Assembly: GCF_009914755.1 (NCBI RefSeq)
Contig: NC_060943.1
DNA length: 64,000 bases
Reading direction: 5' to 3' (one strand)
DNA from: the human T2T-CHM13v2.0 reference genome, Homo sapiens
The translations under genes were made by a program, and so were the position numbers. Under the pieces are notes generated by a model. The model saw only the letters and a list, made by a program, of their open reading frames with translations, searched no databases and had not been told where the DNA came from. Of the stretch, positions 1 to 21,763 are shown in pieces (position 1 is the stretch's first letter; every line of letters begins with the position of its first letter).

Positions 1-350
1 CAACTGTGCAGGAACACGTCCACCACACCCAGAGGTGGTGGCATGGGTCTCCCTGCAAAACCTTCCAGGGCTAATTGGATGGTTCACCTAGAACCTTCTG
101 AACCTCAGAGATGTGTTAGGTATGGCTGCAGGTGCTGCTAATGACATGGTTTTAAACACAGGGTCTCAGCAGCAGCGCATCTCCCCAGGATAACTCTAGT
201 TGTCGCTGGTTATGCTGGTCAACACTGGCCAGCCCTTTGTGGGGTGGCTGATGGCAGCAAGGATCAGCTTCACAGAATGACTCATTAAAGGGAAAAAGGA
301 CTAAGAAGGGACCTTGGCCCAAACATCAGATCAGAGTGGAGTCAACTCAC

Positions 351-490
351 GCCCATGTCCTCATCATAGAAGTCTTCGTCATCGTTCATTCCGCCCTTGT
401 TCATCCCTCCTCGGCTGCCACCTCGGCCTCGGCCCCGACCCATTCCTTTCCCTCGACCTCGGGAGCCCCTGCCACGGCCTCGACTTAGCC
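351..490 (-). CDS. ZC3H4: ZC3H4 coding exon (7th coding exon, 140 nt): RG/RGG-rich plus acidic [11 protein letters not shown]
   Basis: Minus-strand acceptor ccacag|GG (AG at 492-491) and donor GGC|gtgagt. In frame with the upstream exon (phase 1 in, phase 0 out). The gene continues beyond the window start. Confidence 0.95.
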
Positions 491-612
491 CTGTGGAGGG
501 GAGATTGTGTGAAGACCTGCTGACCACCCCCTCCCCCACCCCCAGGACTAGATTCCAGCAGCTGCTGGAATCCCTGCCCCACCCAGCGTGTCCTCTCCAG
601 GCCCCTGCCCAC

Positions 613-709
613 CTCGGCCTCGGCTGTCCTTGGAGCGGCGGTACTGGTTCAGCTCCTTGGAGTACTCGTCATAGTCGTCGTCTCCCATTGGCTCCTCACT
701 CTCTCCATA
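613..709 (-). CDS. ZC3H4: ZC3H4 coding exon (6th coding, 97 nt): [32 protein letters not shown]
   Basis: Acceptor ttccag|TAT and donor CGAG|gtgggc; frame continuous with both neighbours. Confidence 0.95.
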
Positions 710-1126
710 CTGGAATGCGCAGAGGAGAGGGCAGGAGAGCGTCAGGTAGGGAACAATGAACACTGTCCCCACCTACACACTGCTCCTTTTTGAAGGATGG
801 TGACCATCCAGGGGACTCATACCATAACCCGTTTCCACACAGCCTGACGACAGGTGGTCCCAATCCTTCCCACTGCAGTCTTCACTGTGAAGACCTGACC
901 CAATAGGCAAACCCAGCATGGAGCCTCCCTACGTACACATCACTGTGGGGCTCTAAAAGGGAGTGGGCAGTGGACTGTGGACTGGCGTGGAAGGTCTGTG
1001 GGTAGGACCAGGATGGCAAGTGCAGTGCACCTGCCGCTCCTCCTCCTGGGTCGGGACAGGGATGAAGGACCACGTGCCTGGCTGGAAATGTCTCTAGAGG
1101 ACTTTCAGGAAACTTCTCTCTAGTGA

Positions 1127-1461
<335 letters not shown>

Positions 1462-1678
1462 GATACCTTTTCTACTTTAAACCACGTGAAGGTTTTATCT
1501 ATTCCAAAATGATAAATGAATATTTTTAAACACATACATCTGCGCTCTGAGGCTTCCCTTCCTTCAGAAGGGCCGTATGTCTTCCTACCTTGGCCTCACA
1601 GCCTCTACCAGCAGTGCTCACGCCCCGGAAAGCCCACCAGCCTCACCCCGACGTCCCCAGGGCCAGAGGAAACCTTAC

Positions 1679-1833
1679 GTCCATCTCTTCCTCGTAGAAA
1701 TCCTCTTCATCCTCCGGGTGGTCTCCTCCCATAGAGCCTCTGCCCCTGCCTCGGCTGCCCCTGCCCATGCCGCGGCCTCGCGATCCTCCACGGCTTCCTC
1801 GGCCCCTGTAGCCCCGGCCCCGGCCTCGGCTGC
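1679..1833 (-). CDS. ZC3H4: ZC3H4 coding exon (5th coding, 155 nt): RG/RGG-rich plus [12 protein letters not shown]
   Basis: Acceptor atgcag|GC and donor GAC|gtaagg; frame continuous. Confidence 0.95.
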
Positions 1834-2288
1834 CTGCATGGAGATTCAGATAGTGAGCCTCCAGCAGGAGCAGATGCCACCAGCAAGAAAGAAGACAACC
1901 CACATTTTGCTCCTGAGGTCAATCACTTCAGCCGCCTCCTCCTCCTTCTCCTCCTCCTCCTCCTCCAAGAAGCCTTCCTAGATGCCCCAGGTAGGCTACT
2001 GGACCCTCTGGTTCTCTCAATGGGGGTCCCTCAGCACCCCAGACACACAGCTACTCCAGTACTCACTCCCCTTCCTCACAGGGACTTGTCTACTTAGAAC
2101 TGCACTGTCCAATATGGCAAACACCAGCCCATGGGCTAATGTGCAACTAACACGTCTGGTCCAAACTACAAGATGCTAGCCTTGAAGTCTGACAAGACAA
2201 GCTAGCCCTGTAGTTTGGACCTGTGATTTAGACAAGACTCCAAAACACACATTGGACTTCAAAGACTTAGTTAAAAAAAAAAAAAAGA

Positions 2289-2629
<341 letters not shown>

Positions 2630-2748
2630 TCATTTGTCTAATTTGATTACACGTTGAAGTAAGATTTTAAACATATTAGGTTGAAAACAGATTATCAAAA
2701 TTAATTTAATTGGTTTCACTTTTTTCTTCACTTAAAAAAAAAAAAGAG

Positions 2749-4061
<1,313 letters not shown>

Positions 4062-4222
4062 ATCCAGTGTCCTTTTCACTTTTTAAATGTGGCTACCAGA
4101 AAATATAAACGACATGGTGGCTTCCAATCTATTTCTACTTGACAGCACTGGCCTAGGATCTCCCCAAAGCACAGGGGCTGCCCCAGGGAGGTATCCAAGA
4201 AAGACTGCTAGAAGAACCAATG

Positions 4223-4705
<483 letters not shown>

Positions 4706-5264
4706 TTAGGTGATCCGACAGCCTCGGCCTCCCAAAGTGCTGGGATTACAGGCATGGGCCACTGCGCCGGCAGAGATGTGTTCTAAGAGGCCAGTCAGGG
4801 CTACCGTGTCTCTGGTGCTCAAGCCTCCTCCACCTTCCTCCCAAAGGACACAGGTTCAAGGTTCAGAGGTGTGGCAGTGGCAAGGACTGCAGTCACACTT
4901 TGTCAGGTGATGGGGCTGGGAGAATGGGGGAGCACTGCTGTGGGGTGTGGCAGCCAGCTGTCAGTGACCATGGCCCAGGTGAAAGAGAAGCTGTTCCCTT
5001 CTCCCCCCCACAGCTGACCAGGAAGTGACCTTTCGGGCACGCTGGCCTTCTCCCTGCCTCACACCAGCCTGGTACCACCCCAACCACAGCCCAGCGGGTG
5101 ATCTCTCCGGTCTCCTGTGCCATGCACATGCAGAGCCTGGCCCTTCTTTGTACACTTATCCCAACCCTAAGTGACCAAACTTGAGGTTCTGTGAGACCAG
5201 GCCACCGGGGTTGGCCCGGGTGGCTCCGATGCCCCAGAGGAGAAACTGTAAGGGCAGGGCTCAC

Positions 5265-5487
5265 CTCGGCCGCGGCTGCTGCCCTCCTTGGCACGCCGGT
5301 ACTGGTTCAGCTCTTTGGTGAAGTCGTCATAGTCCTCCTTGCCCATGTCCTCCTCCTCGTCGCCCTCATATTCCCCATACTGCTCATTCTCGTAGTCCTC
5401 GTACATGCCATAACTCTTGCTGTCCATCTTGGAGTATGCCTTCTTGGGCAGGGGCGTGGCATGCGATGGGGGGTACTGCTGGTGGGA
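5265..5487 (-). CDS. ZC3H4: ZC3H4 coding exon (4th coding, 223 nt): SHQQYPPSH...[17 protein letters not shown]
   Basis: Acceptor acgcag|TCC and donor CGAG|gtgagc; frame continuous. Confidence 0.95.
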
Positions 5488-5964
5488 CTGCGTCCCAGAG
5501 ATGGGGAAAAGAGGTGAGCCGGATCCCACAGCCGTGGGTGCAGACTACCAAGATACCCAGGGTTCCCTAAACGAACATGTCTGTCTGGGTGTCACTACTG
5601 TCCCAGGGTTGCACTGCTGGTCTCCAGCCCCTCTGGGGACTGGTTCTCGTACCAGGGAGTGGGAGTAGCAGCGGGCCCAAGTGTTTCTGTTCTTCATAAA
5701 GGGCCAGAACTAGAAAGAAAACAGAACCACAGACCCCCGATCCCTGATGAACAAAGGGGAGAAGAAGGGAGCATTTCCCAAGGATGCAGAGCAAGCGCAC
5801 GTGGAGGGGCCTGGGAAGCAGGCGGGGGCTGCTTGGTCACAATTTTCCTAGGGCCCTGGAATTCAATAAATGGCCTGCTTGGCAGCCAGGCTGGACAGCC
5901 ATCTCAAATGATGCTTTCCAAAGTGTGGTAATGCCAAGTGGTACTAGAAGAAGTTAAAGATACT

Positions 5965-6280
5965 CATAAAAACGGAAGCAACCAAGACATCCTTCAACAG
6001 GTAAATGGATAACAAACTGGTATATCCAGACAATGGAGTAACGACGAATATGTAACAATAAAGTGTGTATTGGGCAAAACCCAGAGAACTATACAACCCT
6101 AAGTAATAACAATGTATCAATACCGGCTCATCAATTCTAACAAAGTTACCACAACAATGCAAGACATTGGTAATGGGAAACTGGAGGCAGGGAAGGGGGC
6201 AGGCAGAGGGGAGAAGGGAACTCTACTACTACCTGCTCAATTTTGAATAAACTTAAAACAGCTCTAAAAAAGAAAGTCAG
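5965..6280 (+). mobile_element. Old L1 (L1MC/L1MD-like) 3' UTR fragment
   Basis: aaccaagacatccttcaacaggtaaatggataacaaactgg and ctgctcaattttgaataaacttaaaacagctctaaaa resemble L1M 3' ends. Confidence 0.6.
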
Positions 6281-6282
6281 GG

Positions 6283-8546
<2,264 letters not shown>

Positions 8547-8839
8547 TGATTTGCTTTTCTCTTATGGGATTTTCTGGGGGAAGAAATGGTATACAAACTG
8601 AACAAATAATTTAAATTGCTGCTTGAAATGAGAGCGACAGTGGCTGAGTATCTAACCTCTGCCTACTGGCTACTTGAGAACATTTCATTCTCTTGCCAAT
8701 TTCCCAAAAAGGTCATTTGTGAACAGTGGAAGCCAGTCAGCCGTGACGTGGACCAGTCAGCATCTTTCTCTGAGACATACAGGGCCTTGCTAAGGCCGCA
8801 TGGAGGAGGCTCGAGAACATGCCTCATGGAGGTCAGCTA

Positions 8840-9210
8840 GGGCCTGGGTTCAAATCCCAGCTCCTTTACTTCAGAGAGCTGGGCAACCCTGTTGAAATTT
8901 TCTTTTCCTTTTGAGACAGGATCTTGCTCTGTCTGTCACCCAGGCTAGAGTACAGTGGCTGATCATAGCTCACTGCAACCTTAAACTTCTGGGCTCAAGG
9001 GATCTTCTCACCTCTGCCTCCTGAGTAGCTGGAACTACAGGCATGCCTGGTTAATTTTTTTATTTTTTGTGGGGTCTCACTTGGTTGTCTGGGCTGCCTT
9101 GTTGAAATTGTCTAAGTTTCAGTTTCCTCACTCATAAAATGGGGATTAAACTAATACCTGATGGCCCAGGACTGAAACTCACAAAAAATGCCCAGAACAC
9201 AGCAAGTGCT
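8840..9210. mobile_element. MIR fragment interrupted by a minus-strand AluJ-like element (about 8900-9098)
   Basis: MIR core cctgggttcaaatcccagctc and tcagtttcctcactcataaaatgggga on either side. Confidence 0.65.
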
Positions 9211-9275
9211 CAAGAAACACAAGCAGTTGAACTCCTCCCGGCCCCAGAGCTCAGCAGTGCATGCCAGTCACTCAC

Positions 9276-9386
9276 CGGCGCATATGGGGGGCTGTACTCT
9301 CTGTACTTGCGGTGACCTTTCTCACTGGGGCTGAAATCCGAGTCATCTGAGAAGTCAGAGAAGTCATCGCTAGAAGAAGCATGGCG
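9276..9386 (-). CDS. ZC3H4: ZC3H4 coding exon (3rd coding, 111 nt): [37 protein letters not shown]
   Basis: Acceptor ttacag|CGC and donor CCG|gtgagt; phase 0/0. Confidence 0.95.
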
Positions 9387-9694
9387 CTGTAATGACAGGG
9401 GAAGGAGACTCAGCAACCTGCCACAGGCAGGCCACTCGGGCACAGTCAGCCTCAGGACAAACTATGCTGGCATGTGCCGCAGGGCTCTGCGCTTCACCTG
9501 AAACACCTCACCTGGGGCACTTAGTGGCAATGAAGCATAAGCTACCAACTCTTTTAAAAAAGGTCTTTATCCAATTTGAGATAAGCAAAGGCATTAAGAG
9601 TGCCCTCTGGGGTGGACAGCAAAAGCTCAGCCCCTGGGGCTCTCAGCCAGGCCCAATGCCAGGCAGTGGCAGTCCCAGGGGATCTCCGACCTAC

Positions 9695-9914
9695 TTTGTG
9701 CTTGGATTTCCTCCTCTTCTTCGACCTCCTTTTCTCTTTCTCCCGCTCTTTCTTCCGTTTCCGCTTCAGTCTCCTGTGGGACTTCTCCTCATCCGAATCA
9801 CTGTGATGCTTCTCCCCCTTTTCTTTCCGGCTTCTCTCAGGCCCTCCGGAGGTATCCTGGGTCTCCTCTGCCCCATCATCTTCCAATTCACCTTCTTCCA
9901 ACTCTCCATCTTCC
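9695..9914 (-). CDS. ZC3H4: ZC3H4 coding exon (2nd coding, 'exon 3', 220 nt): [13 protein letters not shown] acidic ARS2-binding-type motif plus Lys/Arg-rich NLS-like tract
   Basis: Acceptor ttgtag|G and donor AAA|gtaggt; phase 2 in, matching the AG|gt end of the first coding exon. Confidence 0.95.
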
Positions 9915-12900
9915 CTACAAACAAACCCCAATCCCACCATGAACACAGGGTTTGAGAGGAGACCTCCTAGGGCTCTGGGCTGGCCAAGGCTGACAGGAAC
10001 CGAAGGCCTGACTGCTGTGAGCGAAGTGAGACCCTGGGAGGACATGGGGGCCATGGCCTCTTGTTCCATCCCTTATCCTCCCCCTGAAAGAACTGTGCTT
10101 GCTCCAGTCTAACCTGGCTGGGGGAGGGGTAGGAGTTTAAGGGCATTACCACTAACACCGGGACACATCTACGCCAGATTTCCCAACAGAACTAGTGTTC
10201 TTAGAAGAAGAAACCGACAAGGTGCTGTGGTCACATAAGCAGGAAGAGCCCCATCTTGGGGATTCATAATGCTTAACGCTGCACAACTTCCAGGAAGCCC
10301 CATAGTCCAGAAACCCACACAGCTCTGCTGTGAAGCACTTGGGGCACTTCTAAACCTTGCTTGACCACAGAAGTCTCTCTCCCAGGGAGCACAGACCCAC
10401 ATCCCCTCCCTCCCAGGCCCAGGATTGCCTGCTGGGCCCCGGGCCCCAGTGAGCTGGGCGTCAGTGCCACCTGAGGCTGAGGGCGGTGGCTGTGCACCGT
10501 GGAGAGGGCCTTGGTTCTGAACCAGGGGTGGCCCCAAGCTACCTGGGACCCACCCACAGGCAGGCCTGGGCTGTGGCCTGAGAACCCTCCAAGTACTTTA
10601 TTACAAAAGCCCCATGAGAACCGCTGGAAACAGGCTCAGAGTCCCAGGTCACAAGGTCTGACCCACCCTCGTCAGTCCCACACCTCTAGGCCGGAGGCAA
10701 GCAAACACTGAGCAGCTGGAGGAGGGGGGACGGATCCCAGGCCCCTCCTGAGGGCCTCACATGATACCGGCCCTGCTTTCTCTCCCTCCTCTGACTCACC
10801 TCCAGATAGTGGAACCCCTTCTGGCTCCCCATCCTACACTCTTCCAATTCCCCCGTGTCACCCCAATCTCCAGGACTTTAAAAGTGCTCTCCAAACATGA
10901 CAGACACTGCCCAGTGGACATTCTGCATATGTAAATATCTATGGGGTGGGGTAGGAGTGAGGAAGAAATTGGGTTCAGGAGGGGGAGGCTGGAAAAAGAA
11001 TCCAGTTTTTGAGCCAAACCCACAGACACAGTGTTCACAAGTACAGGAGTTGGTAAAGGAAAAAAACAATCTTTTTGAATAATTTTAAAAAGCTCCCAAA
11101 GTTCCCCATGAATGACCACAAAAAGGCTTGCGTGAGAGCATCCAACTCCTTCCGTCTCAATTAACTAGGACACAAAGAGAAGTGATGTAAGGAGGAAACA
11201 TCACGAGCCCAGGCCCCAAAAGGTTAGCCACAAATGGAGCTATCTCTGCGGAAAGGCCCGCAGCTGCCCAAGCGGGAGCCAATGTATTAGGCGTGCTTGC
11301 CTGAAGGTTCCAGGGCATGTGGCAGACTCCTCCTCCCAGGACCCTCCACTGTCCTTTCGCTTATGTCCCTCCCTTTGTCTGCCTTGGGGCTGCTACCCAA
11401 ACATCAAGGAGCGCCTCAAGAGCAGCTTTTTCTATGAACTCTCACTCCCAGTTCAAAGGGGATGGGTTCTATTTCAAACCCAAGTGGCCCAGCCCCACAG
11501 ATACCCCTGGGCAGAGGTCAAGGGCAACTCTCAAAACAGAATGCAGGACACAAAACTCTTTCTGCTGCTTCAAAGTCAACAACACAGGTGACCTGACCCA
11601 TGTGCACCTTGTGTTGCTTCCCCGACTAGCAAACTTGGAATGGGGCGGGGGTGCAGGCTGCAGTCCTGACAAGGGAGGTGCCTTCCCGCTGGGGTGCGGC
11701 CCACAGAAACCAGGCGTGGAGCAAAGTCCTCACTGGACACCTCACCCACACCGAAAAGGGCCACATGACTGGGAAAACTGGTTTTGTCCCAAGGGAGAAG
11801 CTGTTACTCAGTGACATGGCAAACTGCCCGCCGCCAGGAGCTGTGCAGACACTGGGAGGTGGCACCCTGATGGGAATACTGGGGGCAGGCCAGGGCCACA
11901 CCTCAAGAGAAAGGGAGAGACGGACAGACTGAGCGGGAGAAGGCCCGGGACAGACTGGAGGTATACATGCTGGGGTTCCATAAAGAAAAGCTAAGAACAA
12001 CATTACTCTCGACACTTAAGTCTAGAAGGGATAAAGCTGAGAGGGACATGATCACCACCCAGGCCACTAATATTTTAAATGCCATATCTGTGCCAGGTTG
12101 CTTGACTACCTCCTTTTCTGCACTGACAAGAAACTTGGTCCACAAGGCAGGTGCCTGATCATCAGGGCTGGGTCAGCTGAGCCGGAGTGGGTGGCAGCCT
12201 CAGCACGCCCTCCCTTATGTCCAACACCGCGGCACAGCAGGCGACAGTCTTGCCCAGGGTCAGCTGAGGCCTCCTTCCCTGTCCTGATGCCACTCGCTGG
12301 CTCGGACGAAGGTACAGGCTACTCTACATCTAACACCTGCGGGCAGAGGACAAAAGACCATTCAAGGAACTCCAAGAGCCTTAACCATCATCCAGAATGA
12401 TTCTAGAAAGGAATCACCAAGGTAGAGAAGTGCAGCATTCAAATTCACCCTACAAAGACCTGAGCCAAAGAGGGATTCTGCACATTATCAATATTAACAG
12501 CTCCAGGCACATCTGGGCTCAAAGAGAATCAACCATACAACTTTTCACAAAACAGGCAGTGACTACTTGAAATTTTGTTTCCCTAAAGTTGAGAGAGGCA
12601 GAGAAATACATAGGATTTTTTTGTTGTTGTTAAACTGCTGACGGTTGATGAAGGGGCACTGAGACAGCAACAATAAACAGATCACTGCATTCTCAGGGCC
12701 CTCTGGCCATGTCAGGCCCTCAAGCCCCTCCGAGCCCTGGGCTAACTTCTGTCCACAGTCACCTCAAGGGGTCCCCCCTCACGACACCCAAGATGCTCTC
12801 CTAGCTAAACGTCCTGCGTGAACACGAGGTCTTGACTATATTCTTCAGACTCTGTTCAACAGAAAGCAAAAAGAAAGGAAGTCGAGCCAAATGGGAATCC

Positions 12901-13526
12901 CGTGGGCCACCAGCGCGACGGCACAAAGGCGGTCTCAACAAAACAGCAACCAGGTTTCAGCGATGCCACTTAACAGACTGCCGGCAAAATCCGTGTCAGA
13001 GTGGGATTAAATGCCAAGGGAACATGCTTAATAGACCTCGACATAATCCCCCAAGAAAAGTGGGGGAAGCCCCACCGCGCTAATCATTTCAATCTAGACC
13101 TGCCAAACTCTCTTGAGACAAGCAAGCAGGAGAAAAGCCTGCCGTGGCGGCCTGTGCAGGGAGCACTCTATTCCCAGAGCCTGGATTGGCAACGCCTGAC
13201 ATGGCTGCACTCGGTCCGCTGCCCAGAGCCCTCGGGAACAAGAAAGCAACCACCCTGGGAGACCGACTTGGAACTGGCCCCCATGAGGAAATGGGAAGAG
13301 GCCAACGCCTTGCCTTGAGCCAGTCCTGCCCCGTACCTCCCGGACAAAGCTCCCGGGTATTTCGGTTCCCATTTTCAGCACTGGCTGCTCCTCCCCCTGG
13401 TCAAAGAACAGATCTGGACGCCCACTCTAAGGAACAGGCCAACTCCACAGGGCCCACAAGGATGCTGGGTTCAGCACACACCACGGACTTGGCAAAAACA
13501 GTGCTTGGTAAAGACATTTCATGTTC

Positions 13527-14789
<1,263 letters not shown>

Positions 14790-15992
14790 AAAGCTGCAGC
14801 CAGCTCTCCCTGACGGACACTGCTGACTGCTGGTCAACAAGTTCTTTCTACTTGGTCACAACCACACATACACTGTTCTCCCAAGCCATCCTGCTGACAA
14901 AACTGACAAAAGCAACATCTCCCCTTCCTCAGCTCTAATCTAGGCAGTACCAGAAGCCACCAAGTGGCTAATCAAGACAAAAAGGCGTAGGGAGAGCTGA
15001 GCCCCGGGAAGGAACAAAGGCTTCTTACAGAAATGAAGCTTGGCAACATGGCAGCTCTCTAGACAAGAGGGTTGGACGAAAGCTGAAAGGGGCCCAGGGT
15101 TTATGGATCAACCTGGTTTACAAGAGTTTAAAAAAAAAAAAAAAAAAAAAAAGGCAAAGTACAACACAAAAGATGGAAACTCATGGGAACAGCAGCGGTT
15201 ACCTTAAGATCATGAGAGCCCTTGATAAGAGGCGGCTAGGTTAATGTGAAGGTCAGGGTTATGATCATTAACTGCCCAGACTCTCAACAAATTGCCTGGG
15301 TAGGCTCTGAATGACCCATTAACTAGGGACAAAATTACAAAAATTACAAGGAGGCGCCGCCTCTTCAAATATTTAACAACCAGCCTAAATGCAGAAGTCC
15401 AGGATCCCCAAGTCCGATTCTGCGGACTAGTCGTTTATTAGGATTGAAGGCGCAGGGCCTTTGCTTCAGAAATTCAGCTCAGGGCTCATGCCAAAGAAAG
15501 GCCCGAGACCTTCCCTTGAGTTAGGACGTAATGAAGCAGCCATAGGGGAAACCTCACGGAGGGATTTTCAGAGCCAGGAAATTCTTGAAATAAACCTCTG
15601 GGTCTTGCACATGCTTTTCAGTGTCCTTACTACCTAGGTTCATCAACCAGAAACCAAGAACAAATGTGCTCTGTCTCCTTTTCTTCAGCATTCTCAGGTG
15701 TCATCATAGCCTGCTCTGTGACATCATGCCATTTCCATGGTAACGTGCCTACGCCACGGCAACCACCCAAGTGAGACACAAAACTGGCAAAGAGAAGTCC
15801 AGGCATCAGCATCTGTACCCTGTACCCTACACCCTCACTTCAACATAAGACAGTCTACCCACTGCTGGCATCTAGATACGAAGACACCTACTGGTGGATG
15901 TGACGATAGGAGAAATTGGAGCCATCTGAACCCAGCCTGGGTATTTGAGATATTAATTGTTAATCTTGTTAGAAATGAGTTTTGTAGAAAGG

Positions 15993-17490
<1,498 letters not shown>

Positions 17491-18599
17491 CTAAACAGGC
17501 TCAGAGACAAGAAGGAATTTGCCCATGGGGTCACAGCAGGAAGAAGCAGAACTAGAAACTAAGTCCAGTACTTTTGGATGCAAAGACCAGCTCTTAACCT
17601 CTACAAATTATTTGACAACTACAAATTATGTCAAAAAGAGTAATTTGCTAAACAGGTCAACTGACAAAACAACGCCCACCCTGAAATGTATAATCGAGTA
17701 GGGAAAAATAAGATATACATACATAAAACAGACTTCATGAATCAGTATTCCAAGAAATGCCAGAATGAGGTACCAAGACTTTGGGCAAATTCCTTAAACA
17801 CTCTGCACCCCAGTCTCCATAACTGTGCAGCACAGGCAACCATGGAGTCCCCAGGATGGTGTCATGGGAGAATCCCATGAGGCCATGTAACACAAGCACT
17901 TAGCAGGAACCTTGCCCAGAATAAATGCTTAGGAGTAAAACCTACCCAAACACAAAGACACAAGGCCGATACGGTCCTTCCAATATCAAGTGAAGGAAAT
18001 GGTAGCATTTCAAAAACCTAACCAAAGACATCTGGATAGAGAATAAGGGCTCATGGAAAGACCGAAGGAATTCTGGCAAAAAAAAAAAAAAAATAGGACT
18101 CATCCCAACACAAAGAGAAAGCAATACAAAAATCCCAGGGAGTGAAATTCCAAAGTCCCCTAATATGAAACGAATGCCTTCGCCCCCAAGTGTGCAGTGT
18201 CCACTCTGGGGTTTGTCCAAGCATGCAAACCACTTAGGCAGAACATTTCTGTAAAGCTTCAAACAGGCTGACCGTGAAAAAACCCAGCCTGCTAAAAGGA
18301 AGCTTGTGGAGACAAAGATGCCATTTTTTTTGCCTGAGTATCTATTCTTCCACTCCCACGAGCTCTGAAAATTTGCATTCTTGAGCAAAGGTATCTATCC
18401 CTCAGATCCAAGTTACTCCTGGCAGATGAACCTCTGGAATTTGCTTCTCAGCAATGAAGAGTTTTCTAACCACCTTCTCATGCCAACTAAGCTTCAGATG
18501 GTTTAAAGCTGCAAAGATCATGGTTTTCATCAGAGGACCGATTTCTATCACTCCAGAGGAGAAAGTCTAATAATTTAACTTATGAACTAAGACTTCTCT

Positions 18600-19643
<1,044 letters not shown>

Positions 19644-20526
19644 TTTCTTAAAAAGAACTGATACAACCTATTCGTTAATTTCTAGTCACCTGTGGGTTCC
19701 TTAAGGGCAGACAAGAATGAGGTTCACAGTAACCCCACATTTCCAAGGGCCCAGCACAGGGCCAGGTACAGATTGGGTACATGCTCAGTGCATATTCTAT
19801 ATGAAGTATCAATCTCAGCTCTCATACCCTTTTGGTCAATTTCATCAATAGAAACAGTAACTAATTTCCAAGAAAACTTTTTCAGCAACCTGTATCACTT
19901 AAAACTTTGACACAAACTCATTCAAGTGTTTATCAAGGGTTTCCAAATAAGCTTGAAAGTGATGGATGCACAGACTGAACAGAGGAGACAGGCCCTGCCT
20001 CGGATGCAGCCCACCCGTGTGGCCCACAAGCTTCAGTTACTGTGACTGCTCTCGTTCCCCGTGGAGTGGCAGGGCCTGCCTGGAATCCCAAGGAAACCTA
20101 AGCCCTGGTGTCTGTTAGGAAAATGAGGAGGGCAATAATCCAAGCCACCTGCAACAGACTTTTGGCCAAGCGACACTAGCGTCTGGGCCCAGCTCCCTCG
20201 GTTAGGCCATAGCAGGGATGTAATGGCCATGATCCACTTCCACACGGGACCTCAAGAAGTCTCCAGTTACTTCTAATGAATGAAAATCCCTTCCATTTAA
20301 GAGGGTTTAAAAGCCTAGGCTTGGGCCTCTACATTCACTGAAAGGAGTGGAACGCAGGGAGAATGGAGCCACAGTGGACTGAGGAAACAGTTAACACCCC
20401 CACCCTCTCGAGGGCCAACTTTAAATGGAATATCTATATTCCCTCCTCATTCCTTCCCACCACAAAAAAAATGACAATGGCTGCTGTGCAGGCATACCAG
20501 ACAGTGCATACCATATCACGTGGTGG

Positions 20527-20997
20527 GCAGCAACTTTCTACTCAACTCTGCTGCTGTAACGTAGAAGCAGCCACTGATGATATAAATGAATGAGTATGGC
20601 TGTGTGCCAATAAACTTTACCTACTGGCCAGGCGCGGTGGCTCATACCTGTAATCCTATCACTTTGGGAGGCCAAGGAGGGTGGATCACTCGAGGTCACG
20701 AGTTCAAGACCAGCCTGGCCAACACGGTGAAACCCCATCTCTACTAAAAACACAGAAATTAGCTGAGCATGTGGTGTGCGCCTGTAATCCCAGCTACTCA
20801 GGAGGCTGAAGCAGGAGAATCCCTTGAACCAGGAGGCAGAGGTTGCAGTGAGCCAAGATCATGCCACCGCACTCCAGCCTGGGTGACAGAGCAAGATTCT
20901 GTCTCAAAACAACACAAACCAACAAAAAAACACTTTACCTACAAAAACAGGCTGGGTGGGCTGGCTTTGGCCCGAGAATCATAGTTTGCCGACCCCT
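20527..20997. mobile_element. MER58A-like DNA transposon interrupted by a plus-strand Alu (about 20626-20930)
   Basis: actcaactctgctgctgta...aatgagtatggctgtgtgccaataaacttta and end tagtttgccgacccct; Alu TSD actttacctac. Confidence 0.75.
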
Positions 20998-21269
20998 AGC
21001 CTGGATGCAACGGCTTTCACACTTTTTGACACTGACCCACATCTGCTTCTTTGCATTTCTCCCAAACAAAAGTTTCCAGAAGCCACATTTAAATGCATTC
21101 TGCTTTTTCTCTCCTCTTCCATTTCCTTGGTTTTCCAATGCAAAAGAAAAAGATCAATAATTGGACTTCATATCCCACTAGTGGCTATACCCCACAGTCT
21201 GAAAAATAGCACACCAGATCCACCACAGTATAATGGTATGTATAGAGATGGGGTCTGAGTATCAGCCAC

Positions 21270-21763
21270 CCCAGGTTCTAACTCTGCCTGCAGCACACAC
21301 TTGTTTTGTGACCTGGGACAAGTGACTTCACCTCTCTGTTTTGGTTTCTCCTCAAACAGCAGAGGTAAAGGTTAAATGAGCTAATGCATGAGAAGCACTC
21401 AGAAGGGCTCTGGCAGATAATCTTTGACCTTCAGGTCAATTGTGCACAAATGGCACTGTTGCCCCTTCGGAAAGACAAAGACACTGACTTAGGAGATGAA
21501 CTCAAGAATCACATCCAGTTTGCCTAACTCCCCCAACCATAGCTGTCCACCACCCATCACTCTCAGCAGAGGGCCAATCCCGTGTGGAGAGAACATGGCA
21601 GCACCCAGGCAGACATGGTGGCTTATACCTGTAATCCCAGCACTTTGGGAGGCTGAGGTGGAGGATCATTGAAGCCAAGAGTTCGAGGCTGCAGTGAGCT
21701 ATTAATACTATGAGGTGCCACTGCATTCCAGCCTGGGCAACAGAGCAAAACCCTGTCTCAATA
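21270..21763 (+). mobile_element. MIR fragment (about 21270-21420) and short Alu monomer-like element (about 21605-21763)
   Basis: MIR core tgtgacctgggacaagtgacttcacctctctg; Alu arm sequence. Confidence 0.65.

Noticed and set aside
9392-9955. 187-aa plus-strand ORF (also 397..759, 1577..1981, 5191..5517)
   Set aside because: Antisense shadows of low-complexity ZC3H4 exons.
11747-11901. Possible minus-strand cassette ending TGG|gtgagg
   Set aside because: Acceptor would be GAG, which is rarely used.
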